Assembly: GCA_000708835.1 (NCBI GenBank)
Contig: DF237157.1
Span: forward strand, 78,489-142,488
Length of the DNA: 64,000 bases
Source of the DNA: Klebsormidium nitens
Taxonomy: Eukaryota; Plantae; Klebsormidiophyceae
Reading direction: 5' to 3'
The position numbers were made by a program, and so were the translations under genes. Shown piece by piece: positions 1-12,502 of this stretch. The notes beneath the pieces were generated by a model. It did no database searches. It had not been told where the DNA came from and saw only the letters and a list, made by a program, of their open reading frames with translations. How positions within the stretch are numbered: the stretch's first letter is position 1; every line of letters begins with the position of its first letter.

Positions 1-3000
1 CAACGCCATTTCAATGTGTTCCCTGCATTTGCATAACTTTTTCTGCAAAGGGTGGCCAATGAAGGCTCACGTGTAGTGGTTCACGATCTCGTGCCCCGGG
101 CGATTGAACCGGGCGGCGAGGTGCTTCTCGGCCATGGCGAAACCGACGGCGTTGGCGGTTCCTTGGCCGAGGGGACCTGCACACGAACATTCATCATCAT
201 CATACAAATCTTCGTCAAGAGTTTCCTATGCGAATTTTCGAAGTGTGATCTATTCGTTCGTATTCGCTCGTTAAGTACACGGTTCTAAAGACAGAAAAAA
301 CGACAGAGAATGAGCTCAAGACCAGACAGGGAAGACGTAGCTTCAATTGCCGATGACTGAGACTCCGCTGAAAGTGGCGTCAGTATTTGCTTGTTCAAGT
401 AGGTGCTCAACTACAGACAATCAATTATCTTCTCAAGCGGTGTTCAAGTTCAAGCGAGTTCAAGCGGTCACAAGTTTGGCAGAGGACCGGGGGATAAACG
501 GGACAGCCGAACAAGTGTGGCTGGAAGCAGGTGTTATCGCTTCCAGACTAAGCAAAGGGAAAAGATCCAGCAGTTGAGTGCCTCTGCAAGCCGCACTCGG
601 CTAGTCTACAAGAATAAGCACACTCACCCAAGAAAAAACAAAAGCCTCAACAAACACTTAAAAAGGGAACATCCCTGCTCCGTACTCCTGTCCATTCTAT
701 GATATCGGCTGTACGTACCAGTGGTGAGCTCGATGCCCCCGGTCAGCAGATTCTCCGGGTGACCAGGGCAGCGGGAGCCCCACTTGCAGAGGCTCTTCAA
801 GTCGTCAACCTGAGCCAACAAGAAAAACGGGTTCGACTGAGCAAAGAACTGGGTCCAACGTAATTAGTCTCAAGGAGCCACCAACATCTTCGTCCACTTT
901 GCTTTCTTCCATTTTGCTTCTTCCAGATTGCTTCCTAACAACATTGGCGGAACTGTTCAGTGTAACCTGACAGTACACCGTCAGATGATGGGCGTTGGCC
1001 TGGCAAAGGTCGTCATATATGTGGCTCGAACATTGCTTCGCTTCAGAGAGATTTTTCAAAGCTAGCGGTTGATCACATCTTCAAAGGGCCGAAATTATCT
1101 GGCCTACTCATCCTGGATTTCAAAAATGGTGAAAAGAAAGGGAAGTGATTTGGGACCTGAATCCTGCACGAACGAGAGCCTTGAGGCATTTGCTGGCAAG
1201 CCTTGAGCATCCCCTCAAAGATGATGAAAGGGTCTAAGCAACTCAATCAGCAACCAACTCTGGCCTAATTTTACGTCAAAAAACCGCCGTTGCAAGGTCC
1301 AACTCATGAAAGAGAATTCTGCAGAGCAGGGTGCGCTCAGAACAAGTCTCGAGGAACACCGACTGTGTTTGCAATGCAAGCCCTCCCCCTTGACTTCTTC
1401 ATGGCCCGCTGACCAGTCCAGGGCCGCTTTTGTGAAACAAAGCATTCTGGCTTCAAATCTTGCCAACTGGTTGTTGGCACCGCTACCAATGATCCTCTCA
1501 CCATAGGTTTCGATTATGTAAGCTTATGGTAAGATACGTACAATGCTAAGACATTAACCCTCGACCGCCTGCTCCGCAATTGCACATACTTTGAGCTCCC
1601 AAGCCAACCCCAACCGTCCCATACTGTCTAAGTCTACCATACTTAGTGCCTATTATACCGACTTTACTACATAACTGTTTTTCTTCTCACCTGCACACTG
1701 TCGTAGCCCACCAGGTGCAGCAGGATGTACTGCAGCAGCACGCCGTGCCCCGCGCTGAGCACAAAGCGGTCGCGGTTGAACCACTGCGGGTTCTTGGGGT
1801 TGTACTTCATGACCTCGTCAAACAGCACATAGCCGATTGGCGCACAGCCCATAGGGAGGCCTGGGTGGCCAGCCTGTGGATTTGTAAGAATCACATAAGC
1901 TGTCAATGAGTTTGTCAAAGTTCAAAATTTCGTCAAACAGGTTCGGTGTGATTGGCATTTAGCCCATGAGGATGTCCGAATGGCCCATCAGTTCAGAAAA
2001 GACCGCATAGATTGTTCGACTCAAAGAGTCAGCTTCTATTATAGAGCACTTAGGCTTTTGCACCAAGAGGCATGTGGCCGGCGAGATATATCTTAGGCTG
2101 TAGGTATCACTTCATTTGGACTTCTTTCAAGACCCTGATTCTGGCCGACAGTCTATTGCTCGAAGCCCTCACATCATGGAAAAGTAGCAACACAGGCTTA
2201 TCTTGTTTAGATCAGACACAAAGGAAAAAAAGGACAGCTTTCACGATCTCAACTGTCATGAGTCCCGTGTTAACCACCATTAAGAAATAATTGCACTACT
2301 GAAAAATTCAATCTAGGTGCCTGACTTTGACCTCTGACTTTGATCTCACCAACCTTTGTGCCATATCAGCAACTGAACCACTGATGCATGCAGCATCCTC
2401 TTGAGCATTTACATGGGGAATCCTCCTTGCATCTATCCCACTGATAGTGCGTTTCCTCACATGCCCTGGTTGCCCACATAAGCGCCACAATCCGCATCTA
2501 TACCACGCTAGAAGCCAACCGCAAGCTGAAGTTGGAACCAGGCTGCCTCTGTCCCCCGCTTGATCAATGCATGCAGCTAGATCTTCCATGGCTCCACCTC
2601 TTTAGCGACACTCCGCATAGATTGATGAGCCGACCACCCCAGCTGACCCACATTACTCCCCTTCCTCACCTGTGCGTTTTCGACGGAGTCCACAGTAAGC
2701 GTCCTGATCGCCGTTATGCACCGCTGTGATAACTTCGGATCGACCTTCTTCAGCGTCTGCGCATCAGTCCCGACCGTTGCAGTCGCTCGCGCTGCCCCGT
2801 TTCTGTTCCTTCTCTCTGATCTGGGCGGCTGCGCACCGCTTGTGGAACACCCCGCCGAAGAATCCAAGCGCAAACCGGAGAACTCAGACGCCAAAACTTT
2901 GGAGCTCACATGCTGTTTCACGGTTCGATCCCTGGGCAGTGCTGACAGCTGTACAGGCAGCGGTGACAGCTGTACGTGCGCGGAGGCAGCTGACTGAGCT

Positions 3001-3065
3001 GAGCAGCTGCTCAAGGGCAATGCTGCGCTTTGGGTAAGACCTCTGATTACCTGGGACGACGCCAT
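1..3065 (-). CDS. TKL: Transketolase, plastid-targeted; 5' part only, gene continues past the window start
   Basis: Exons 3065-2670, 1873-1691, 809-719 and 176-71 have GT-AG borders and consistent phase. The spliced protein shows a Ser/Ala/Arg-rich transit peptide, then [54 protein letters not shown] and [12 protein letters not shown] (transketolase N-terminal TPP-binding domain). Confidence 0.96.
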
Positions 3066-3311
3066 TGTCACCACTAAGCTTAACTTCCAGCAGTGCTTCG
3101 AGATCAACAATCGATGACGTAGGACACCCTTTGAAACGCAGGAGAAGCTACGACAGCATTCTGAACTTTTCAGATTGGCAAGCTCTTACAGCGGACAGCA
3201 AAGCCGGTCGGATTGAAGGTTCGAACTTAGCTTCTGTGACAGTTGATACATGAAACTGAGGCTGAATGCAGTGTGACAGCAGGCTGCAGCACATGCGAGG
3301 AGTTTGAGGGA

Positions 3312-3366
3312 AGGAGCAAGGATGTAGGAGCAAGGAGCAAGGGGCGAGGAGCAAGGAGCAAGGGGC
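3312..3366. repeat. Short degenerate tandem repeat (aggagca / aggagcaagg units) upstream of the TKL start
   Basis: The sequence reads aggagcaaggatgtaggagcaaggagcaaggggcgaggagcaaggagcaaggggc. Confidence 0.8.
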
Positions 3367-5343
3367 ACACCTTCAGGCTCGAGCTCGCATTTCGACTTCA
3401 TGCACTCTGCTGCGGCCAAGTGTCACGAATACAGCCCCAATGGTGTCTGGCCGTCGATCATGCGGTAATACTCACAGCCGTAGGATTCAGCAGGTTGCCT
3501 TCTACGAAGACATTTGGACCGTCGACTGGGGATTCTTATGTAGTCAGTCATCTGGGTAATATTACCGTACTCGAGCGCCAACATGACTCCAGTGAGGTCA
3601 CGTGCGGAACAAGGGGATCTCCCATTCTGGGCGTCCCAACCAATTGCGTTCAGTAACGCTATCAAAGGTTCAGCAGGTTGGTAGAGGTTGGCTGCGGGGA
3701 ACGTTACTGATGCAAGGCTGGCTTTGTTCAGTACCTGGCACAGGATCAATCAAGGGAACCCCCAAGTACCTACTTGGCTGGTGCTAGGGAGCCTTTAGGC
3801 TCTACTGTACCAGTACTAAAACCTACTTCTACGGTCTGCCATTTCAAAAGGAGGCTTGACTTGCTGCGTTCAGACGCTGACATTCCGCTGTGGACCAGGA
3901 CCAAAGCAACCGATCCGCGCTCATTGTCCCTTTCTAAGTGCGGCAGGGCGCAGGGGCCGCCGCTACTAGCTCTCTGGTCAATCCATACGGGTCAATCCTT
4001 GGATCCTGAACCGTGAAGGGGAGGAAGGAAGGGCGGAGCCAAGCTCAAGTCAAGCTCCAACCACTTCCGAAGGGTGATCTGGGGACCTGGCTGTTCTAGT
4101 GCAACTTCCCCCAGTACTCCGCTTACAGCGTGTCTCCAGAAGACGGCATCTTCATCTTCGGACTCGACTTCCCTTGGCTTCACTCTCTGAGTTTGTCTGG
4201 ACGCCGCTCACCTACTGGTAAGCTCAACATCCGAAAGCTTGTCTTGATGCTTGAGAATTCTGGTCCGATTATGTTTTGAAGAAAGTGGTCAGACAAATGA
4301 AAGATAAGGTGTTAGTTCCATACTTTCCATACTAACTATCTGCTGCGCAAGAACAACTGACGAGGTTAAGGATACTCAGTATCAACACATGACCAGAACC
4401 AGTGCAAAAGGATGAAAAATTCGTCTGCAAGAAGGTGTGTAGAAGGTGACGACATTCACTAGGGCCTTGGTTTGACTTGGTTCAGCAAGGTTCTTCAGCA
4501 AGGTTGTTTAGATATAAGGATCACGAGTTTCTTTGTCTGCAATTACTTCTTGCTTGGATGTACTGAGCTATCTATATACGAAGGGAGCTCCAAGGTGGAA
4601 ATCCGGAAAAAGTTCTTGAGTGCCATCCCAGAATCTCTGTAAACATGTAACACAAATGCAATTTTTGAGATTTGTAAGCTGTGAATATTTGTCTCACTCC
4701 TTGGTTCAGTTGGATAGAATCCGTACTTGGCATCTCTGAATAGCTTGTTCTGGAATTCTCAGATTTTGAAAGGAAAAGCAGTCACCCTGCTTCCTTTCAG
4801 GCCTCTCTTGCAGAGTCTGAAGGCTTTTGATTGACTTTTACTCTTACAGCTTTGCATCACCTGTTCACCAAGAAAATAATACAATCACACCAAACCACAT
4901 CTCAGTACTAAGTGGTAAAGTTTGAGGGTTGCCCTACGAACACTGACGGGTCGGAATATTCAGGTTCTGGTGACAAGGTGTTGTTCACTTGCTCTTAATT
5001 GTCATGCAGCACCAACGTCGACAACCTGGTTGTCTCTGGTTTTTCTCTGCAAAGATTTTTTCAGCACAAGCAGGCTGTCGGTGTTAGTATGCTTGCAAGC
5101 CCCTTGTTCAATCGAGTAGTTTGTTTTGTAGCACTACCTGCATGGCGATTGACCTTTTGGCTCACGGAATGAGGAGCTGTTGATTATCTAGGTTAGACCC
5201 GTTCATTAGTCACGCGTGTCGAAGTAAGCACTGAAGAGGTTCGACAAGTATGTTATAACCTTCCGTAGCTTCTCATCAGTTGTGGGACAAGTCAAATTCT
5301 GTTTCTTTTGCAGGCAAGAAACTGAGACTCGAAAGTCCTCACG

Positions 5344-8300
5344 ATGGGTGCTTGCTTGGCCAAGCCTGCTGCCGCCGATCGTAAGAGCGGCTCAACCCCA
5401 GAAGGGAAGAAGGATGGAGCGACGTTGGAGAAGATCGTCGAAGAGGAAGACACTCTGGCACCACTCCCGTAAGCAACTCGATCATTTCCTTCCAATATAG
5501 TTGATTTTGCTGAGGTTTAATGGAGAACTACTTGAGTTCTGCAAGTGCGTACAATATCGAAACTGTTCGTCCCATTTTGGACCATCCAGTCCGTCGAAGA
5601 TGTGCCAATCTGTTTCCAACACAGCCTGCTTCAAGCTGCCCCAGTCCGCGACAGCTAATTGAGGTCAAAAATTCTCAAATTCGCCTGGCTTGCACCTTTG
5701 TCTGTAAGAAGTTTAGACCGGACAAGTTCTCTTGTGATAACCCATGACATGATGTCGATCTCATCGCCGTAACCAGCAAGTCAGACAACTTTCTACGTTA
5801 TGCTTCATCCCATGTCACTCTGTTGAGAATACCACGGACACAGGAGAGTTTGGCCTGTAACCATGGAAGGTTATGGGCTGGCTATGGGCTGGTTTAAAAC
5901 TGGTTGATTGTTCCGTTAACCAGGATTGGGCGGTAAGCAGCCTCGGAAACAGGTTAAAGCCCAGTTATTTGTCTAATAACCAGAGAGTCGGTCTGGTAAT
6001 CAGCCTGGTTAGCAGCCAAAATTTTCTGTGGGAGGTGCCGTATATGTTCTCCTGCACCACCACAGGCCGCCACGTCTACCTCAGGCCGGGCCTTTCAGTC
6101 CGTCAACGCACCCAAGATAAGCTTACTAACGCAAAGGGCTGGGACTTTCACGTTGATCAGAAGACGCGACGCGGACCTTCACGCGATCAGAAAAGAAGCT
6201 GCGAGAGCTTGGAGGTTCGCAGCTAGCCCCTTTGGCGCAACTGCAGGTCTAAGAGAATTAGGACCGTTCGGTGGCCCTCGATAAATCTGACAGACACCCA
6301 ATGGACAGCTCGATTTTTCCGATGCAGGAGCGACTCCCTGGACTCCGTTTCCACCGCCAAGAAGAAGGCCCAGCAGGCCTGGCAGGAGTACGCGCGCGCG
6401 CGCGACCGCCGCAGCGCGCCGCGCCTGAGCGCGCTACGGAGCGCGCAGGAGCTCGACGTCGCTTTCGTCGTCGACGCGACCGGCAGTATGGGCTGCCACG
6501 TGGCGCTCGTAAAGGAGAAGATCAGCGCGACGATCGCAGCGGTGAAAGCGCGCTTCCCGTCGGCGAAGGTCCGGGTCGCCTTCATTGGGTACCGCGATTA
6601 CGGGGAGACGATCAACAAGATTGGGTTTACAGCTGATGTGAAGGCGTTTGAAACCGCGTTAGCGCGGGTTAAGGTCAGCGGGGGAGGTGACCTTCCGGAG
6701 GACGTCTTCTCCGGACTGGAGGCGGCGGCAAAGCTGGAGTGGAGTTCCGCAGGTGAGTCAGTACACTGCGGAATCAAGTTGCAACGGGCGTTGCTGGTTT
6801 CGAACGTTCAGGCTGATGCGCCGCTTGTGCCTGAATCATGGAAGTATCATGCTTCGCAACTTTCCGACGAGACAAAGAAACGAGTCTGGCAACAAAACAT
6901 TCCCCGACGATCCTTCTTCTGAGCAGCAGCTCTCGTCGTTCTGCCTTGCTTTCGAAGCTTTTCTAAGAACATCTAAGCGCCTCGTCTCAGCTTCCACCGC
7001 AACGACATGTACAGATATGCTTTCGCGCAGACAAGCACCGTTCTGAAGGACCGTCCTTGGTTCTCAAATGAATCGTCGACCCGGTGCGTCTCTAGAAGAC
7101 ACGCAAAGGAGATCGATCAAGGACTGAAAACACCGCCTGATCCTTGTCTTTGTTGTCCATCTCACCATCAAACTATTCAATTCCAGTCAACCAAAAGCAG
7201 GTCAAACGGCAATCTGTGGACCAGCTTAACTTCGGACCCAAAATCAAAAGCCCCAAAAATTCGAATCTCTGAATCCCTTCGACGCTACAATCCTGAAACC
7301 CTGGATTAACCCCGTATTGGAAACCCGCAGTTCGTCTGGTCATCCACATCGCGGACGCCCCGTGCCACGGCCGCGAGTTTTACGACCGGGCAAAGCACAC
7401 CAACATCGACGACAAGTACCCCGACGGCGACAAGCACAAGCGCGAGCTCGCAACGGTTCTGCGCGCGCTGCACGCGGGCGCGCGCGTGCAGACGTACCAC
7501 TTTTACCACCTCAACGACTACACCAAGCAGATGTTGGCGCAGTTCCGGCAGGCGACGGGCGTTCCGGCGGGCTGGATACAGGTGAGCGAAACGCCCTGCG
7601 GATGTGCTACAGGCTTCTCGTCTTCCGGTCCAAGAATGACGCCACATTGCGTATCCTTGCTTTGGGCAAGACCTTCGGGGGAAGCCTCAAATATCAACTT
7701 GTCTTTGCAAGTGATGAATCGAACGACCAGAACAAACACACAAAGCACAAATGTGCTCGGCTCTTCATGCTTGCTCCTAGATACCGCACATACATTTTTA
7801 CATACAACCAGAATTCGATGTCTTCTGGCCCGGCTCAAAATAAGCGAGCTTCAGACATTTTCTGTAGAATGAACACCTTTCAAGCTTCTCGGGTCCACTG
7901 CCGAGGATCGGGATCTGTACGCAGACTGATGGGCTTTTGACTTTCTTTTCCAGGAGGACACCTTTTCGAACATCGAAGGCATCCCTTCCCGCATCAGCCA
8001 GCACTCGCAAACCGCGATCAGTTCTAGCCTGTTGCGCGAGAGCGGCGGCAGCAGCGAGGGCTTTGCCGCTCTGGCAGTGGACACAGCGGAACCGGACTGG
8101 GACGGAATTGGCGAGCGGAAAGCGGAGGAGTACGCGATCATGTAAGCGGCTTGCCGCCAGTACTTCTCATGAAGTTTCCTTCGTTGCAGTCATTGCACTA
8201 AAGCTGATGCCGAAACCACAGGACTGAAACGCTTAATTGGAAATAAGGCTCCGGGTGACGCCATAGGATTTGCCGTACCGTGAAACTCGTTATTTCGTAC

Positions 8301-10376
8301 AATCTCTAGGCCTCCCACTTGCTAGGCTTCGCTTGACCTTTCCCAATTCCCCCTCTAGTCGAGCAATATTAACCCCCTTTTCACCGTTGTAAGCCCACTT
8401 TAAGAAGGGATTACTCACTCAGAAGTTTTGAACTTTGTTAAAAACAAACCGTCTCAACCATGTCTCCAGGCCTATGTCCGCGGAAGACGTTGTCGAACGC
8501 GTCAAGTTCGGCAAGCGTCTCAAGTTCGCGACCCAGGGCGCGCGTGCTCTCAAGATCGCGCCCGCGCCGTTCAGCGCCGACGGCGCCCTCCGTTGGCCGT
8601 ACTACACGCTGATTGGCCCGGAAGACGGCGCGGAAGACGACCCGGAGGACGGCGCGCGCGCGGCGACCACGAAGCGCGTCCTCAAGCGCTTCAAGACGCC
8701 GCTGGACGCCCGAGTCGCGGCACTGCGGCAATCTGAGGCGAGCTATAAGGAGCAGGTGGGCGGATGCGGATCGTCCCACGATCGACACAAATTACGCCAA
8801 GATCAGAAGTTGGATCATTTCCGATGGCAGACACTGTAGATGTTGTTGTGGGCTCATCTGCACCGCTTCGTATCTCGTCTGAATATTGCTTAGAGGTTTT
8901 GGCTTCGACGGCTTGCAATACAAACTTTCAGGCGCACGGATTAGGAATTTCCCCAAGTCTGTGCCGTTCGAGTCACCATAGTCTGGCCCCGCGCGCTAGC
9001 TGAAACGCCCACGCACACTCCCCCCGGGGGATACGACAAAGAATAACGGCTCGTTATTATGGTACCTCTCTGCTTTCCGGTTCAGGAGAAGGCTGATGTT
9101 GTTTACTGACCGTCATTGACGTCACCACAGGCCGAGGAGCAGTTTGTGGCGTCGGTTCTGGTGGAGCGCTTCAACCAGCTGTACCCCGGTGCGGTGCGCG
9201 AGCGCCTCGTCTTCCTGCAGCTGAACCTGGTCAAGGTGGCGTTCGGAGAATCGTGAGTCTTCGCTCGCGCGTGCGCGCGCGTCTCCATCCATTTTCTGCT
9301 TTGACATTTTGCGGTGCCGTACTAATCTGTGCCCTCGGTGCGGCTCGTCTTTCCTGCCTCTCAACCTGGTCAAGGTGGCGTTCGGGGAAGCGTAAGTCTT
9401 CGCACGGGCCCGCGCGCCTTCTTCCGTTTTCCGAACCTTTCCCTGTACTGATTGCCTGTGCAGCCCTTGCGCGCGCGGTGCGCAAGCGGGTAGTCCTTCT
9501 GCAACTGAATCTGGTCAAGGTGGCAACTGGGAACGTGAGTTTTTTGCGTGTGCGGGCACCATCTCCTAGTGTGCGGACCTTGAGACAAACTCAAGTCTGG
9601 TGTTGATAAAGGGAACCGCAAATTGTTCCTGGGTCTCGAACTATTCGATTCCGTTGAAAAGAGGAGCGGCGAAGCGACACGGAAAACTGTTAATCTTTTC
9701 TATTTTGATATGGAGGGAACGCTTCTAGCTCGCTACCATCCGATGCTTCGGAGAACTGTGCTAACGTTAGCCAGGCCCAAAAAAGGTGACGTCAGAAATC
9801 CACCCCGACGGGACATTCGTTTCTTACATTGAGGCAATCTTGGTACAAGTCCTGATTCTGGCTTCTGAATTCACGTGGTTGGGACTGTGGTATCAATTCA
9901 CACTTTCTCCGAGTTCGTTCTTAGCACCTTCACGGCCCCGCTTCCGTTTAAGCCTCCTTTTCTGAAGATCAAAACGAGCTTCACTTCCCTGCAGGGCTAT
10001 GAGGCATCAGTGGTATACGGTAGAGGACTTCCTCGACGGCCACTACAAGAAGTTCTCGTGCAACGTGGGCGACTTCTCGCCCGAGTATTCGGACATCCTC
10101 CAGGCGTTCACCCACTGGACGTACGAGTTCTCGGGGGGAGAGCTTATGATCACCGACCTCCAGGGGATCAAGGGCCCAGATGAAGACACGTACTACCTCA
10201 CGGATCCGGCGATCCACTGCCGCGACTTGGACCACTTTTCGCGGCTCAACTGGGGCGAGGAGGGCTTCGCCATGTTTTTCGCCGCGCACAAGTGCAATAA
10301 GATATGCGCCAAGCTGAAGCTGAAGCCGCGCACGGCGACCAGCCCCCGATCGCCTTTCGACTCGCCGTTCAAGTGA
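5344..10376 (+). CDS. N-myristoylated/palmitoylated vWA-domain alpha-protein kinase (VwkA-like; eEF2K/MHCK family)
   Basis: Exons 5344-5468, 6328-6752, 7331-7581, 7954-8141, 8470-8755, 9131-9252 and 9995-10376 are all GT-AG and phase-compatible. N-terminus is MGACLAK. The vWA MIDAS region reads LDVAFVVDATGSM...VAFIGYRDY...GGGDLPEDV...IHIADAPCHG. Alpha-kinase motifs: PFSADGALRW, VLKRFK, VEDFLDGHYKKF, QAFTHWTYE, ITDLQG, LTDPAIH and the Zn motif HKCNKIC. Confidence 0.93.
9190..9540 (+). repeat. Three tandem copies of an exon 3' end plus donor site in the alpha-kinase gene
   Basis: ctgaacctggtcaaggtggcgttcggagaatc|gtgagt (GT at 9253), ctcaacctggtcaaggtggcgttcggggaagc|gtaagt (GT at 9392) and ctgaatctggtcaaggtggcaactgggaac|gtgagt (GT at 9535); spacing 139 and 143 nt. 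Confidence 0.92.
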
Positions 10377-11878
10377 AAGCTGGCTAAAGGATTGAGGTTT
10401 GAGGGAGAACGGGGAGAAATGAGTTGATTGGCAGCGAGTCGGTGAGATATTGTACTGTGTACAGGGATTGAAGATGCAAGCTAAGAGACGGCTGCAAGCT
10501 CACGTCCTGACATTGATGGCGCGCAACTTGCCCCGCGGATGTCGAACGTGTACCCTTATTATTGGACTCAGACTTTGCTGGAACTTGGATTTAGCAAGGA
10601 AGGTATATGCATAGTCGGACCAAAACAGGCGGTAGCTTCGGGCTTGTGCAGACAATTTGAGGAATGTTTCAAGGGGCCGGGATGCAGATGCGCAGTACTG
10701 GGAAGAAGCTGTACATAGAGATAGTCAGTCCGGTCAAATTCGGTGGTGTCTTCTACATTCCTAGTAAACGTTTTTCTCATGCACGATCATCTTCAGTTGT
10801 TTTAAGAGCAATATTTGTGCCCGTTTTGCAACACTGATGCTCTATATATAGAGGTGTGCCACACCATCGCTGCTCGGACATATCCTGTGCTATCCGTTAA
10901 GACCTGCAATAGTCATCATGAGTCGTTTGAAACACGCCGCGCGGCCGACGCCCGGCTGATCCTGGCAAGGCGCGGAGACGCAATGATGATTGGCGGAAGT
11001 GCGACTCACGAGTTACTGGCTCGCCATGCGGCTGTCGAGTTAATGACGTACCGAAGCAGGTCGGGACACGATGACGAGGAGAGTACGCGAGCATATGAGT
11101 ACACTTTAAAGGTACGTGCCGCGACATGCCCCAGTACTGTAATGGAGGAGCCGCGACGACAACCCAACCACCTTTATTACTATTAGAAGATGTCATCTTC
11201 TGATATTCTGCTCTCTGTGAATGAGAACGAATGCCAGCAGCTACTGGCGCTAGATTCCTCCCACGGTTTCGAGACCCGGACGCAGCTCCCCACACTGCTA
11301 TAGGCCGAGATGGCGCTGCTTCCAGCTTGCAGCTATACATCGAAATGCATGCCGCCAGATCCTCTGCAATTTGGTATAATGTTGCCCTCGTCGATAACTC
11401 AGCAGAACTCTCGGCCGTAGGATTTCGGAAGATCGTTCAACGAAGATATTCGACCGTCGACTTGCGATTCTCTAATAGGCCGTCATGCAATAGCTTGGTA
11501 AAATGTAGCGGCTGAATCGCTAATCAGTTTGGCAACATGATGACATACAGAAAATCTAGGGTTTGAAATTTTGTGGCGCTGGAGGGTGAAACTCGCCGGT
11601 CAGCCTTTGGCAGGTGGTAGACGCAATCACCGGGGAGGATCTCTGTCCATTCCTATGTGCGCCAATCCTGGTTCAAAGTGCCCGGAATGCAGCAGTGAGC
11701 TGGATGTAAAAAGGCTGTTGCAAACCGCTGGCAGAAGCAAGAAAGAGAGACTAGTTTGTGCAATACGTGAACGTTGTGCTCGATCGCCTTTCTGCAGGCA
11801 GCTCATACTCGTATGCAGGCCTCGAAAAGGCAAACTTAGCCGGACCAAAGATGTAAGCTTTGATTCTGAGAGCGCCAG

Positions 11879-12502
11879 ACCTTTCTGTCAACATGGTCAA
11901 GCTCAGGTTCCAAATCGCTCTGCCAGAGGACCCTTTTCGGGAGCTGGAAGAGAACTGGAGCGCTGATAAAAGCAAAGCGCATACTATGGTGAGAACATCA
12001 ATTCTCAAGAAGCTGGACTCTTTTCAAACAAGATACACTTGGAGAAGAAGTTCGTGAGTTCTGTGATCGAAGTATCTATAAGAAACTCTGTAACACCTGT
12101 TCAGTCCCCAAACACTCTTGTCTTGACAGCTGTGAGCTGATGCCCAAGCACAATGCATGGGCTACAGCTAACAGTCTTCGATAAAAATCATTCACTTCTT
12201 TTGATGGTGGGAAAATCCCATGGGGCGGTCTGAAGCGTGTCTGCAAGAGCTGGAACAGGAGACCTGTTGAAATGCTGCAAGCAGCTGTCTCTTTCTTGGA
12301 CCAGCTTAATCGGCATTTTGTGAGAATCACACATCACATGCACGTCCGGTTTCCAGACTCTTCATTGCCTTCCAGTGTTTCTTCGGTCTTGAGCAGAAAG
12401 CTCGAGCCAGGGCAAAAACCTCCTAAGTGTTGCGAAGCCCAATCCACCTTTAGGTGCGTTGTCCAATCGATTCGGCAACAAGAAGCCTCAGGTGAGAAGT
12501 AG
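11879..12502 (+). pseudogene. Phase-compatible upstream exons with an in-frame TAA; possibly the disrupted 5' part of the coiled-coil gene
   Basis: An exon ending AGT TC|gtgagt (12053) joins gacag|C TGT GAG (12130) in frame. TAA at 12182-12184 interrupts a frame that stays open to the donor at 12491. No recognisable domain. Confidence 0.35.

Noticed and set aside
3760-4860. Two small hairpins (ccaagta/tacttgg, gagcct/aggctc) and exon-like fragments on the minus strand
   Set aside because: Short stems are expected by chance, and the fragments could not be joined or assigned.
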